From a virus (lineage: Duplodnaviria; Heunggongvirae; Uroviricota; Caudoviricetes), in the IMG/VR virus record IMGVR_UViG_646862327_000001: a stretch of 47,020 bases of DNA. One strand, given 5' to 3'. This document shows positions 17,975 to 27,912 of this stretch, piece by piece. Below the pieces are notes generated by a model. It saw only the letters and a program-made list of their open reading frames with translations, did no database searches and had not been told where the DNA came from. Made by a program: the position numbers and the translations under genes. The number at the start of each line of letters is the position of its first letter. The stretch's first letter is position 1.

Positions 17975-18007
17975 AAACCCGCCGTCGAGCGGGTTTTTCC
18001 ATTTTTT
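17975..18007 (+). terminator. Plus-strand rho-independent terminator upstream of the lysis cassette
   Basis: Hairpin AAACCCGC-cgtcga-GCGGGTTT followed by TTCCATTTTTT. Confidence 0.55.
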
Positions 18008-18136
18008 GAGTCTCGATATTAGCTGATAACCCAATACCTGAGTTATTCACTGACTCCGAATCTGTTACGTTTCTGCCTTTATTGCGATACGTAGTATCCC
18101 CTTAATTTACACCCGCTTTGTCTGCGAGGTGGGGTT

Positions 18137-18352
18137 ATGAAATCCATGGATAAGTTAACAACGGGTGTCGCCTATGGCACCTCAGCAGGTAGTGCCGGGT
18201 ACTGGTTTTTACAGTTGCTCGATAAAGTCACGCCCTCACAGTGGGCGGCAATAGGTGTGCTGGGTAGTCTGGTATTTGGCTTGCTGACGTATCTGACAAA
18301 CCTTTATTTCAAGATTAAAGAAGATAAGCGTAAGGCTGCGAGAGGTGAATAA
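18137..18352 (+). CDS. essD: Holin (phage 21 S-type pinholin, dual-start)
   Basis: 71 aa, MKSMDK dual-start motif, GxxxSxxxG-like TM pattern ([13 protein letters not shown]...), charged C-terminus; RBS GAGGTGGGG. Confidence 0.9.
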
Positions 18353-18849
18353 TGTCGCCATCATTACGCAAGGCTATTGCTGCTGCTATTGGTGGTGGGG
18401 CTGTTGCCATAGCGTCTGTGCTCATCACTGGTCCGAGTGGTGACGATGGCCTGGAAGGTGTCAGCTACATACCATACAAAGATATCGTTGGCGTATGGAC
18501 TGTATGTCACGGACACACCGGAAAAGACATCATGCTCGGTAAAACGTATACCGAAGCAGAATGCAAAGCCCTCCTGAATAAAGACCTTGCCACTGTCGCC
18601 AGACAAATTAACCCGTACATCAAAGTCGATATACCGGAAACAACGCGCGGCGCTCTTTACTCGTTCGTTTACAACGTGGGCGCTGGCAATTTCAGAACAT
18701 CGACGCTTCTTCGCAAAATAAACCAGGGCGATATCAAAGGCGCATGTGATCAGCTACGGCGCTGGACATACGCTGGCGGTAAGCAATGGAAAGGGCTGAT
18801 GACTCGCCGTGAGATTGAGCGTGAAGTCTGTTTGTGGGGGCAACAATGA
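18352..18849 (+). CDS. rrrD: SAR endolysin (T4-lysozyme-type, phage 21 R-like)
   Basis: 165 aa; Gly/Ala-rich N-terminal signal-anchor-release segment ([20 protein letters not shown]) then lysozyme domain. Confidence 0.9.
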   Translation: MSPSLRKAIAAAIGGGAVAIASVLITGPSGDDGLEGVSYIPYKDIVGVWTVCHGHTGKDIMLGKTYTEAECKALLNKDLATVARQINPYIKVDIPETTRGALYSFVYNVGAGNFRTSTLLRKINQGDIKGACDQLRRWTYAGGKQWKGLMTRREIEREVCLWGQQ

Positions 18850-19289
18850 GCAGAGTAACCGCGATTATCTCCGCTCTGGTTATCTGCATCATCGTCTGCC
18901 TGTCATGGGCTGTTAATCATTACCGTGATAACGCCATCGCCTACAAAGAGCAGCGCGACAAAGCCGCATCTACTATCGCTGACATGCAGAAGCGTCAACG
19001 TGATGTAGCAGAACTCGACGCCAGATACACAAAGGAGCTTGCTGATGCTAACGCGACTATCGAAAGTCTACGTGCTGATGTTTTTGCTGGTCGTAAGTGG
19101 CTGCGCGTCAAAGCAGTCTGTCCGGACATGCATAAAACCACCGCCGCCTCCGGCGTGGATGATGGTGCCAGCCCCAGACTTACTGACACCGCTCAACGGG
19201 ATTATTTCGTTCTCAGAGAGCGCATCGAAACCGTAACTAACCAATTGAATGGTCTGCAAGAGTATGTGAGATCACAGTGTTCATATTAG
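18846..19289 (+). CDS. Rz: Inner-membrane spanin Rz
   Basis: ATG 18846 overlapping the R stop; N-terminal TM helix then coiled-coil-like region; contains embedded Rz1 in the +1 frame. Confidence 0.8.
   Translation: MSRVTAIISALVICIIVCLSWAVNHYRDNAIAYKEQRDKAASTIADMQKRQRDVAELDARYTKELADANATIESLRADVFAGRKWLRVKAVCPDMHKTTAASGVDDGASPRLTDTAQRDYFVLRERIETVTNQLNGLQEYVRSQCSY
19045..19236 (+). CDS. Rz1: Outer-membrane lipoprotein spanin Rz1 (embedded in Rz)
   Basis: ATG 19045 after AGGAG; lipobox LVVSGC; Pro-rich mature part ([27 protein letters not shown]). Confidence 0.7.
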   Translation: MLTRLSKVYVLMFLLVVSGCASKQSVRTCIKPPPPPAWMMVPAPDLLTPLNGIISFSESASKP

Positions 19290-19327
19290 AAAAGTCTTAT
19301 CATAAGATTTTTGTATATGGATGCATT

Positions 19328-19702
19328 ATGTCTCAATACGCTCAAGCCGCTTTAAATGCTTATCAATTGGTTGCTCATAACTCAATGTCTCCTCGTGATG
19401 CATGGGAGGCTGCTGTCGCTGAGGTTACAGAAAGCGAATCGGCAAGAAAGAAGGGATGCCCAAGGGCAACGTTTCTCGCTCTGGCGGATAGCGGTTATCT
19501 GAAGAATGTAAAACAACATCATGGGGAGAAAAAGATCGGTAAGTTGTACCAAAGGGCAATTGAAGTTGCGAATCTGATTCTTGATTTACCCGGAATTAGC
19601 AAAGCTGAGCTAGTTGATAAAACTTGCTATAAAGACAGGCAAGGGTCTTATGACATTGCTCTAACTCTCGCTCAGCACGGATTACTCCAGCGTCCTCAAT
19701 AA
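19328..19702 (+). CDS. Hypothetical protein between lysis cassette and cos (124 aa from ATG 19328; GTG alternative at 19277)
   Basis: Followed by a terminator; occupies the moron slot where lambda has bor and DLP12 has ybcV/ybcW. Family not recognised. Confidence 0.45.
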   Translation: MSQYAQAALNAYQLVAHNSMSPRDAWEAAVAEVTESESARKKGCPRATFLALADSGYLKNVKQHHGEKKIGKLYQRAIEVANLILDLPGISKAELVDKTCYKDRQGSYDIALTLAQHGLLQRPQ

Positions 19703-19720
19703 GATATTAAGTGATTTATG

Positions 19721-19745
19721 GCCTCGCTTTTAGCGGGGCTTTTTC
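19721..19745 (+). terminator. Rho-independent terminator
   Basis: Hairpin GCCTCGC-tttta-GCGGGGC followed by TTTTTC. Confidence 0.55.
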
Positions 19746-20105
19746 ATATCTGAATCTCACCATGCATATCATCACCTGACTGGAACGTCAGGAGAATTCG
19801 TTACCGGGATTCGATAAAGGTATTCAAGCCTGACACATTATGCGCTGTATCGTCGCCGTATTCCTGCATTAACCATGACCGTAGCCCGACGGGGAATTCC
19901 TTCTGCGCGAGTGTGCGGGAATAATCAAAAACGATGCACACCGGGTTTTTACCGCGTTTATTATTCGCGGGTTTGTCCCTCATGCTCGCCAGTCCTGTGC
20001 GGGGGTGGAAGAAACAGGACGTGTATTCAGGTCTGTCAGATATTGAATTCATTGCGAATAAACCAGAACGCCTGCGGGTCCTTTCCGGCGATCCGACAGG
20101 TTACG

Positions 20106-20117
20106 GGGCGGCGACCT
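20106..20117. other. cos: cos site (cosN 12-nt cohesive end GGGCGGCGACCT) with flanking cosQ/cosB
   Basis: Sequence ...TCCGACAGGTTACG|GGGCGGCGACCT|CGCGGTTTTTCACTATTTATGAAAATTTT... matches the lambda cos junction from memory; lies immediately upstream of the terminase small subunit gene. Confidence 0.85.
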
Positions 20118-20293
20118 CGCGGTTTTTCACTATTTATGAAAATTTTTCAGGGAAAATCGTGTCGGTACTTCTCGAATATAACTTTTTGTTTTTTTTAATA
20201 TTGCATTCGTAAAGGTCCGACATGAAAGTGTCCGAAAATGCCTTTTTCTGGCGTTTTCATGTCGGGCCTTGTATTTGATAATGGGTTGTTTTC

Positions 20294-20842
20294 ATGAAGG
20301 TTAATAAAAAGAGGCTTGCCGAAATTTTCAACGTGGACCCGCGGACGATTGAACGCTGGCAGTCTCAGGGACTCCCTTGCGCCTCCAAAGGTAGTAAGGG
20401 CATTGAATCTGTATTTGATACTGCCATGGCAATTCAGTGGTATGCGCAGAGGGAAACTGATATCGAAAACGAAAAGCTCCGCAAAGAACTGGACGATTTG
20501 CGTGCGGCAGCGGAGTCAGATTTACAACCCGGCACCATTGACTATGAACGCTACCGGCTCACAAAAGCGCAGGCAGATGCGCAGGAACTGAAAAATGCCC
20601 GTGAAGACGGAGTAGTGCTGGAAACTGAACTGTTTACCTTCATTCTGCAACGTGTGGCACAGGAGATTTCGGGGATACTTGTGCGTGTGCCGTTGACATT
20701 ACAGCGTAAATATCCGGACATTTCACCATCACACCTTGATGTGGTGAAAACTGAAATCGCGAAAGCCTCCAATGTTGCAGCTAAGGCCGGTGAAAACGTG
20801 GGCGGGTGGATCGATGATTTCAGACGCGCAGAAGGCAGCTAA
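20294..20842 (+). CDS. nu1: Terminase small subunit (Nu1-like)
   Basis: [28 protein letters not shown]... with winged-HTH and conserved ...[48 protein letters not shown] as in lambda Nu1. Confidence 0.9.
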
Positions 20843-22742
20843 TGCAGCCGGTGCGATAGCTACAGGGCTTTTATCTCTCATTATTCCTGTTCCACTGACG
20901 ACAGTTCAGTGGGCCAATAAACATTATTACCTTCCTAAAGAGTCGTCTTATACCCCGGGGCGGTGGGAAACACTGCCGTTTCAGGTTGGCATCATGAACT
21001 GTATGGGCAACGATCTGATTCGCACGGTTAACCTGATTAAATCTGCCCGTGTTGGTTATACAAAGATGTTGCTGGGAGTGGAGGCTTATTTTATTGAGCA
21101 TAAATCACGCAACAGCCTTCTTTTTCAGCCCACGGACTCAGCTGCTGAAGATTTTATGAAATCTCATGTTGAGCCAACGATAAGGGATGTTCCTGCATTG
21201 CTGGAGCTGGCTCCATGGTTCGGAAGAAAACACCGCGATAATACGCTCACCCTGAAGCGTTTTTCCTCCGGTGTGGGGTTCTGGTGTCTGGGTGGTGCGG
21301 CAGCAAAAAACTACCGTGAAAAATCCGTGGATGTGGTCTGTTATGACGAGCTTTCCTCGTTCGAACCGGATGTTGAAAAAGAGGGTTCGCCAACCCTGCT
21401 GGGGGATAAACGTATTGAGGGCTCTGTATGGCCAAAATCCATTCGCGGCTCGACGCCTAAAATCAAAGGCTCCTGCCAGATCGAAAAAGCCGCTAACGAG
21501 TCGGCACACTTCATGCGTTTTTATGTGCCCTGTCCGCACTGTGGGGAGGAGCAGTATCTGAAATTTGGCGATGATGCCTCGCCTTTCGGTCTTAAGTGGG
21601 AGAAGAATAAGCCAGAAAGTGTTTTCTACCTTTGTGAGCATCATGGCTGTGTGATCCATCAGTCTGAGCTTGACCAGAGTAACGGGCGGTGGATCTGTGA
21701 AAACACGGGCATGTGGACCCGTGACGGCCTGATGTTTTTCAGCGCCCGGGGTGATGAAATTCCGCCGCCGCGCTCCATCACTTTCCATATCTGGACGGCG
21801 TACAGTCCGTTCACCACCTGGGTACAGATTGTCTATGACTGGCTGGATGCACTGAAAGATCCCAACGGCCTAAAAACCTTTGTGAACACCACGCTGGGCG
21901 AGACCTGGGAAGAGGCTGTGGGCGAAAAACTCGATCACCAGGTGCTGATGGATAAGGTTGTGCGTTACACGGCGGCGGTGCCTGCCCGGGTGGTTTATCT
22001 GACGGCGGGCATTGACTCGCAGCGAAACCGTTTTGAGATGTATGTCTGGGGATGGGCTCCGGGAGAGGAAGCCTTTCTGGTGGATAAAATCATCATTATG
22101 GGGCGTCCCGATGAGGAAGAGACGCTGTTACGTGTGGATGCGGCGATCAACAAAAAATACCGCCATGCAGACGGAACCGAAATGACTATTTCCCGTGTCT
22201 GCTGGGACATCGGGGGGATCGATGGCGAAATCGTTTATCAGAGGTCAAAAAAACACGGTGTTTTCCGGGTGCTGCCGGTAAAAGGCGCATCTGTCTATGG
22301 CAAGCCGGTGATCACCATGCCAAAAACCCGCAATCAGCGGGGCGTGTATCTGTGTGAAGTGGGGACGGACACCGCAAAAGAAATTCTCTATGCCCGTATG
22401 AAAGCCGATCCCACGCCTGTGGATGAAGCCACGTCGTATGCCATCCGTTTTCCTGATGATCCGGATATTTTTTCGCAGACAGAGGCGCAGCAACTGGTCG
22501 CGGAAGAGCTTGTGGAGAAGTGGGAAAAAGGAAAGATGCGTCTGCTGTGGGATAACAAAAAGCGGCGTAACGAAGCGCTGGACTGCCTGGTGTATGCCTA
22601 CGCGGCATTACGTGTGTCCGTGCAACGCTGGCAGCTTGATCTGGCTGTACTGGCAAAATCCCGGGAAGAAGAGACGACCCGGCCAACCCTTAAAGAACTG
22701 GCAGCGAAGCTGTCCGGAGGAGTGAATGGTTACAGTCGCTGA
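20814..22742 (+). CDS. A: Terminase large subunit (gpA-like)
   Basis: Start set to ATG 20814 (GGGTGGA RBS), overlapping the nu1 3' end; long collinear similarity to lambda gpA (e.g. [54 protein letters not shown]). Confidence 0.95.
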
Positions 22743-22932
22743 ACTGCAGGCGCTGCGTCAGGCGCGCCTTGATTTATTAACCGGTAAACGGGTGGTGTCT
22801 GTCCAGAAAGATGGTCGCAGAATTGAATATACGGCGGCTTCTCTGGATGAGCTTAACCGGGCGATCAATGATGCGGAGTCGGTACTGGGGACAACCCGGT
22901 GTCGCCGTCGTCCGCTGGGAGTGAGGTTATGA
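22726..22932 (+). CDS. W: Head-tail joining protein W
   Basis: 68 aa, ...LTGKRVVSVQKDGRRIEYTAASLDELNRAI... as in lambda gpW. Confidence 0.9.
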   Translation: MVTVAELQALRQARLDLLTGKRVVSVQKDGRRIEYTAASLDELNRAINDAESVLGTTRCRRRPLGVRL

Positions 22933-24521
22933 AACGAACGCCTGTCCTGATTGATGTGAACGGCGTTCCGCTTCGTGAGAGTCTCAGCTACAACGGGGGC
23001 GGTGCAGGATTTGGCGGGCAAATGGCTGAGTGGTTGCCACCGGCGCAGAGTGCCGATGCGGCCCTGCTGCCCGCGTTGCGTCTGGGGAATGCCCGGGCAG
23101 ATGATCTGGTGCGCAATAACGGAATAGCGGCTAATGCGGTGGCTCTGCATAAGGATCACATTGTCGGGCATATGTTTCTGATCAGCTACCGTCCGAACTG
23201 GCGCTGGCTGGGGATGCGGGAGACCGCAGCAAAAAGCTTTGTCGATGAGGTGGAGGCGGCCTGGTCGGAATACGCCGAAGGGATGTTTGGCGAGATCGAC
23301 GTGGAAGGAAAACGCACGTTCACGGAATTTATCCGTGAAGGTGTGGGCGTTCATGCGTTTAACGGCGAAATCTTTGTGCAGCCGGTCTGGGATACGGAAA
23401 CCACGCAGTTATTCCGTACGCGTTTTAAAGCCGTGAGTCCGAAACGGGTGGACACGCCTGGACACGGTATGGGGAACCCTTTTCTGCGGGCCGGTGTGGA
23501 GGTCGATCGATATGGCCGTGCCGTCGCGTACCATATCTGTGAGGATGATTTTCCGTTCTCTGGTAGTGGACGATGGGAACGGATCCCGCGTGAACTTCCC
23601 ACCGGGCGTCCGGCCATGTTGCATATTTTCGAGCCGGTGGAGGACGGGCAGACCCGTGGGGCTAATCAGTTTTACAGCGTCATGGAACGGCTGAAGATGC
23701 TCGATTCCCTGCAGGCAACACAGCTTCAGTCGGCCATAGTGAAGGCGATGTATGCAGCGACGATTGAAAGTGAACTTGATACCGAAAAGGCCTTTGAATA
23801 TATCGCCGGCGCGCCACAGGAGCAGAAGGATAATCCGCTTATTAATATTCTGGAGAAGTTTTCCAGCTGGTATGACACGAATAACGTGACACTGGGCGGT
23901 GTCAAAATTCCGCACCTTTTCCCTGGTGATGATCTGAAACTACAGACTGCGCAGGATTCAGACAATGGATTTTCTGCGCTTGAACAGGCGCTGCTGCGGT
24001 ATATCGCCGCCGGTCTTGGCGTTTCCTACGAACAGTTGTCCCGTGATTACTCGAAGGTCAGTTACTCAAGTGCCCGCGCCTCCGCCAATGAGTCGTGGCG
24101 CTATTTTATGGGGCGGCGAAAATTTATTGCGGCCCGGCTGGCCACGCAGATGTTTTCCTGCTGGCTGGAAGAGGCACTTCTTCGGGGGATTATTCGTCCG
24201 CCACGGGCACGTTTTGATTTTTATCAGGCGCGATCAGCCTGGTCACGGGCAGAGTGGATTGGTGCCGGAAGAATGGCCATTGACGGGCTCAAGGAAGTCC
24301 AGGAATCAGTGATGCGCATTGAGGCCGGACTGAGCACGTATGAGAAAGAGCTGGCGCTGATGGGCGAGGATTATCAGGACATTTTCCGCCAGCAGGTCAG
24401 GGAATCTGCTGAGCGGCAAAAAGCCGGACTCTCACGTCCGGTGTGGATAGCGCAGGCGTATCAGCAGCAGATAGCGGAGAGTCGTAGGCCGGAAGAGGAG
24501 ACAACACCACGTGAGACGTAA
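22929..24521 (+). CDS. B: Portal protein (gpB-like)
   Basis: Start ATG 22929 overlapping the W stop; collinear with lambda gpB (VRNNG..ANA, FEPVEDGQTRGAN.FYSVME, LQSAIVKAMYAATIESELDT). Confidence 0.95.
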   Translation: MKRTPVLIDVNGVPLRESLSYNGGGAGFGGQMAEWLPPAQSADAALLPALRLGNARADDLVRNNGIAANAVALHKDHIVGHMFLISYRPNWRWLGMRETAAKSFVDEVEAAWSEYAEGMFGEIDVEGKRTFTEFIREGVGVHAFNGEIFVQPVWDTETTQLFRTRFKAVSPKRVDTPGHGMGNPFLRAGVEVDRYGRAVAYHICEDDFPFSGSGRWERIPRELPTGRPAMLHIFEPVEDGQTRGANQFYSVMERLKMLDSLQATQLQSAIVKAMYAATIESELDTEKAFEYIAGAPQEQKDNPLINILEKFSSWYDTNNVTLGGVKIPHLFPGDDLKLQTAQDSDNGFSALEQALLRYIAAGLGVSYEQLSRDYSKVSYSSARASANESWRYFMGRRKFIAARLATQMFSCWLEEALLRGIIRPPRARFDFYQARSAWSRAEWIGAGRMAIDGLKEVQESVMRIEAGLSTYEKELALMGEDYQDIFRQQVRESAERQKAGLSRPVWIAQAYQQQIAESRRPEEETTPRET

Positions 24522-26016
24522 TCTTTCACACATTATTGCCGCAGCATTCAATGAACCGCTGCTTCTGGAGCCCGCCTATGCGCGGGTTTTCTTTTGCGCG
24601 CTCGGGCGCGAGATGGGGGCAGCAAGTCTTTCGGTACCACAACAGCAGGTACAGTTTGATGCTCTCGGAATGCTGGCTGAAACGGACGAGTACATGGCCG
24701 GAGGTAAACGACCGGCCCGTGTTTACAGGGTGGTGAACGGTATTGCTGTACTGCCGGTGACCGGCACGCTGGTGCACCGGCTGGGTGGTATGCGGCCATT
24801 TTCCGGAATGACAGGCTATGACGGTATTGTCGCCTGTCTTCAGCAGGCAATGGCGGATAGCCAGGTGCGGGGCGTACTGCTGGACATTGACAGTCCGGGC
24901 GGGCAGGCCGCCGGCGCGTTTGACTGCGCTGACATGATTTACCGCCTCCGTCAGCAGAAGCCGGTCTGGGCACTGTGCAATGACACGGCCTGTTCTGCAG
25001 CCATGCTGCTGGCGTCGGCCTGCTCCCGACGGCTGGTTACCCAGACATCCCGTATCGGTTCCATTGGCGTGATGATGAGCCATGTCAGCTATGCCGGTCA
25101 TCTGGCGCAGGCCGGTGTGGATATCACGCTGATTTACTCAGGGGCGCACAAGGTGGATGGCAATCAGTTTGAAGCGTTGCCGGCAGAGGTTCGCCAGGAC
25201 ATGCAGCAGCGGATTGATGCGGCGCGCCGGATGTTTGCCGAAAAAGTGGCGATGTTTACCGGTCTGTCTGTTGATGCAGTCACAGGAACAGAGGCCGCTG
25301 TTTTTGAAGGTCAGTCCGGCATTGAGGCCGGGCTGGCGGATGAATTAATCAATGCGTCGGATGCCATCAGTGTGATGGCCACGGCGCTGAACAGTAATGT
25401 CAGAGGAGGCACTATGCCGCAATTAACTGCAACGGAAGCCGCCGCGCAGGAGAACCAGCGAGTGATGGGGATCCTGACATGCCAGGAAGCGAAAGGACGT
25501 GAACAGCTTGCCACGATGCTGGCAGGACAACAGGGCATGAGCGTTGAACAGGCCCGGGCGATTCTGGCCGCGGCGGCACCGCAGCAGCCGGTGGCATCCA
25601 CGCAGAGTGAAGCCGATCGCATTATGGCGTGTGAAGAAGCGAACGGTCGTGAACAACTGGCGGCAACGCTGGCGGCGATGCCGGAGATGACGGTGGAAAA
25701 AGCCCGCCCGATCCTGGCTGCTTCACCGCAGGCGGATGCCGGACCATCACTCCGTGATCAGATCATGGCACTGGATGAGGCAAAAGGGGCTGAGGTGCAG
25801 GCTGAACAGCTGGCTGCCTGCCCGGGAATGACTGTGGAGTGCGCCCGGGCTGTGCTGGCTGCGGGATCAGGTAAGGCAGAACCGGTCTCTGCATCCACAA
25901 CCGCCATGTTTGAACATTTCATGGCGAACCATTCACCGGCAGCGGTACAGGGTGGCGTGCCACAGACGTCAGCAGACGGTGATGCGGACGTGAAAATGCT
26001 CATGGCCATGCCATGA
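24511..26016 (+). CDS. C: Head maturation protease / scaffold (gpC with nested Nu3-like C-terminal region)
   Basis: GTG start 24511; S49/ClpP-like protease core (GVLLDIDSPGG...TACSAAMLLASACSRRLVTQTSRIGSIGVMMSH); C-terminal region has three tandem copies of the IMG/A-x-EA-x-GRE-QLA...MTVE-AR-ILAA motif. Confidence 0.9.
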   Translation: MRRNLSHIIAAAFNEPLLLEPAYARVFFCALGREMGAASLSVPQQQVQFDALGMLAETDEYMAGGKRPARVYRVVNGIAVLPVTGTLVHRLGGMRPFSGMTGYDGIVACLQQAMADSQVRGVLLDIDSPGGQAAGAFDCADMIYRLRQQKPVWALCNDTACSAAMLLASACSRRLVTQTSRIGSIGVMMSHVSYAGHLAQAGVDITLIYSGAHKVDGNQFEALPAEVRQDMQQRIDAARRMFAEKVAMFTGLSVDAVTGTEAAVFEGQSGIEAGLADELINASDAISVMATALNSNVRGGTMPQLTATEAAAQENQRVMGILTCQEAKGREQLATMLAGQQGMSVEQARAILAAAAPQQPVASTQSEADRIMACEEANGREQLAATLAAMPEMTVEKARPILAASPQADAGPSLRDQIMALDEAKGAEVQAEQLAACPGMTVECARAVLAAGSGKAEPVSASTTAMFEHFMANHSPAAVQGGVPQTSADGDADVKMLMAMP

Positions 26017-26052
26017 AGCCAGTGCTGACCATCAATAGGAGGTTTTAACAAT

Positions 26053-26400
26053 ATGGTGACGAAAACCATCACTGAACAGCGTGCGGAAGTACGTATTTTT
26101 GCCGGTAATGATCCGGCTCATACCGCCACAGGCAGCAGCGGGATTTCTTCTGCAACACCGGCTCTGACGCCCCTGATGCTGGATGAAGCCACCGGGAAAC
26201 TGGTGGTCTGGGACGGACAGAAAGCCGGTAGTGCGGTTGGCATACTGGTACTGCCGCTTGAAGGCACAGAGACGGCGCTGACGTATTACAAGTCGGGAAC
26301 CTTTGCGACGGAGGCAATCCACTGGCCTGAAAGTGTGGATGAACACAAAAAGGCCAACGCCTTTGCTGGCAGTGCCCTGAGTCACGCGGCGCTGCCGTAA
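26053..26400 (+). CDS. D: Head decoration protein D
   Basis: 115 aa; DPAHTAT...TPLMLD...KLV.WDG...AVGIL motifs as lambda gpD; RBS AGGAGG. Confidence 0.9.
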   Translation: MVTKTITEQRAEVRIFAGNDPAHTATGSSGISSATPALTPLMLDEATGKLVVWDGQKAGSAVGILVLPLEGTETALTYYKSGTFATEAIHWPESVDEHKKANAFAGSALSHAALP

Positions 26401-26457
26401 CACGTTATCAGGCCACCGCGCTGGCCTGACTGATTTCTGAATGAAAGGAACTGATTT

Positions 26458-27486
26458 ATGGGATTGTTTACGACCCGCCAGTTACTCGGTTATACCGAAC
26501 AAAAAGTTAAATTTCGTGCGCTGTTTCTGGAACTGTTTTTCCGCCGTACGGTGAATTTCCATACCGAAGAGGTGATGCTGGACAAAATTACCGGAAAAAC
26601 GCCGGTGGCGGCCTATGTCTCCCCGGTTGTTGAAGGAAAAGTGCTGCGTCATCGTGGTGGTGAAACCCGCGTGTTGCGTCCGGGCTACGTCAAGCCGAAA
26701 CACGAATTTAATTACCAGCAGGCGGTTGAGCGCCTTCCTGGTGAAGATCCATCTCAACTGAATGATCCGGCTTACCGCCGTCTGCGTATCATTACCGATA
26801 ACCTCAAACAGGAAGAGCACGCGATTGTCCAGGTGGAAGAAATGCAGGCGGTAAATGCTGTGTTGTATGGCAAATACACCATGGAAGGAGACCAGTTCGA
26901 GAAAATTGAGGTCGATTTTGGCAGGTCGACGAAGAATAACATCACTCAGGGTAGTGGTAAGGAGTGGTCAAAACAGGATCGTGACACGTTCGATCCTACA
27001 CATGATATTGACCTCTACTGCGACCAGGCCAGCGGTCTTGTGAATATTGCCATTATGGACGGTACCGTCTGGCGTCTTCTGAATGGTTTTAAGCTGTTCC
27101 GCGAAAAACTGGATACCCGTCGCGGTTCAAATTCTCAACTCGAAACGGCAGTGAAAGATCTGGGCGCAGTGGTGTCCTTCAAGGGGTATTACGGCGATCT
27201 GGCCATTGTGGTGGCGAAAATGTCTTATATAGCAGAAGACGGTATCGAAAAACGTTATCTTCCAGATGGCATGCTGGTTCTGGGGAATACTGCTGCAGAT
27301 GGGATCCGTTGTTACGGTGCCATTCAGGATGCTCAGGCGTTGTCCGAAGGTGTGGTGGCCTCTTCCCGTTATCCGAAACACTGGCTGACGGTAGGGGATC
27401 CCGCCCGTGAATTTACCATGACGCAGTCCGCGCCGCTGATGGTGTTGCCGGACCCGGATGAGTTTGTGGTGGTACAGGTGAAATAA
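26458..27486 (+). CDS. E: Major capsid protein E
   Basis: 342 aa, collinear with lambda gpE (PGYVKPKHE, AIVQVEEMQAV, KLDTRRGSNS.LETAVKDLG, TGDPAREFTM.QSAPLM). Confidence 0.95.
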   Translation: MGLFTTRQLLGYTEQKVKFRALFLELFFRRTVNFHTEEVMLDKITGKTPVAAYVSPVVEGKVLRHRGGETRVLRPGYVKPKHEFNYQQAVERLPGEDPSQLNDPAYRRLRIITDNLKQEEHAIVQVEEMQAVNAVLYGKYTMEGDQFEKIEVDFGRSTKNNITQGSGKEWSKQDRDTFDPTHDIDLYCDQASGLVNIAIMDGTVWRLLNGFKLFREKLDTRRGSNSQLETAVKDLGAVVSFKGYYGDLAIVVAKMSYIAEDGIEKRYLPDGMLVLGNTAADGIRCYGAIQDAQALSEGVVASSRYPKHWLTVGDPAREFTMTQSAPLMVLPDPDEFVVVQVK

Positions 27487-27494
27487 TCCGTGAG

Positions 27495-27524
27495 CGGGGG
27501 CGAAATGCCCCCGTGTCTTTTTTC
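27495..27524 (+). terminator. Hairpin/terminator after the major capsid gene
   Basis: CGGGGGC-gaaat-GCCCCCG followed by TGTCTTTTTTC immediately after the E stop. Confidence 0.55.
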
Positions 27525-27537
27525 ACAGGGGGCTGAT

Positions 27538-27912
27538 ATGGCAACGAAAGAGCAAAATCTGAAACGGCTTGATGAACTGGCCCTGATTCTGGGGCGTGAG
27601 CCGGATATATCCGGGAGTGCCGCAGAGATAGCGCAGCGGGTGGCAGAATGGGAAGAGGAAATGCAGTCATCCGGCGATGATGTACAGGTTATGAATATGG
27701 ATATCCGGGAGCGGGAAACCGCGGCTCATGATGTTCGTGAGGAAACATCCGGCGCGTTAACGCGCATCAGAGTTCTGACCTGCCTCCATCTCTGTGGCGT
27801 TGATGGTGAAACGGGGGAATCCGTTGAGCTTGCGGATGTTGGTCGGGTGATTCTGATTATGTCCTCAGATGCAAAAACACACGTTGATGGTGGAATGGCT
27901 GTTTATGCGTGA
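27538..27912 (+). CDS. FI: DNA-packaging protein FI-like
   Basis: ATG 27538 (MATKEQNLKRLDELA...); position between E and FII; acidic middle region; the TTG-extended ORF start was rejected. Confidence 0.75.
   Translation: MATKEQNLKRLDELALILGREPDISGSAAEIAQRVAEWEEEMQSSGDDVQVMNMDIRERETAAHDVREETSGALTRIRVLTCLHLCGVDGETGESVELADVGRVILIMSSDAKTHVDGGMAVYA

Noticed and set aside
19801-20212. Three overlapping ORFs (one minus, two plus) spanning the cos region
   Set aside because: They cover cosQ/cosN/cosB, which in lambda is non-coding DNA-packaging signal; no convincing RBS; translations are Arg/Cys-rich with no recognisable features.
21138-21788. 216-aa minus-strand ORF inside terminase gene A
   Set aside because: Antisense to the strongly supported terminase large subunit gene; no recognisable features.
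24526-25101. 191-aa and 141-aa minus-strand ORFs inside gene C
   Set aside because: Antisense to the protease/scaffold gene; Arg/Pro/Ala-rich low-complexity translations typical of GC-rich antisense frames.
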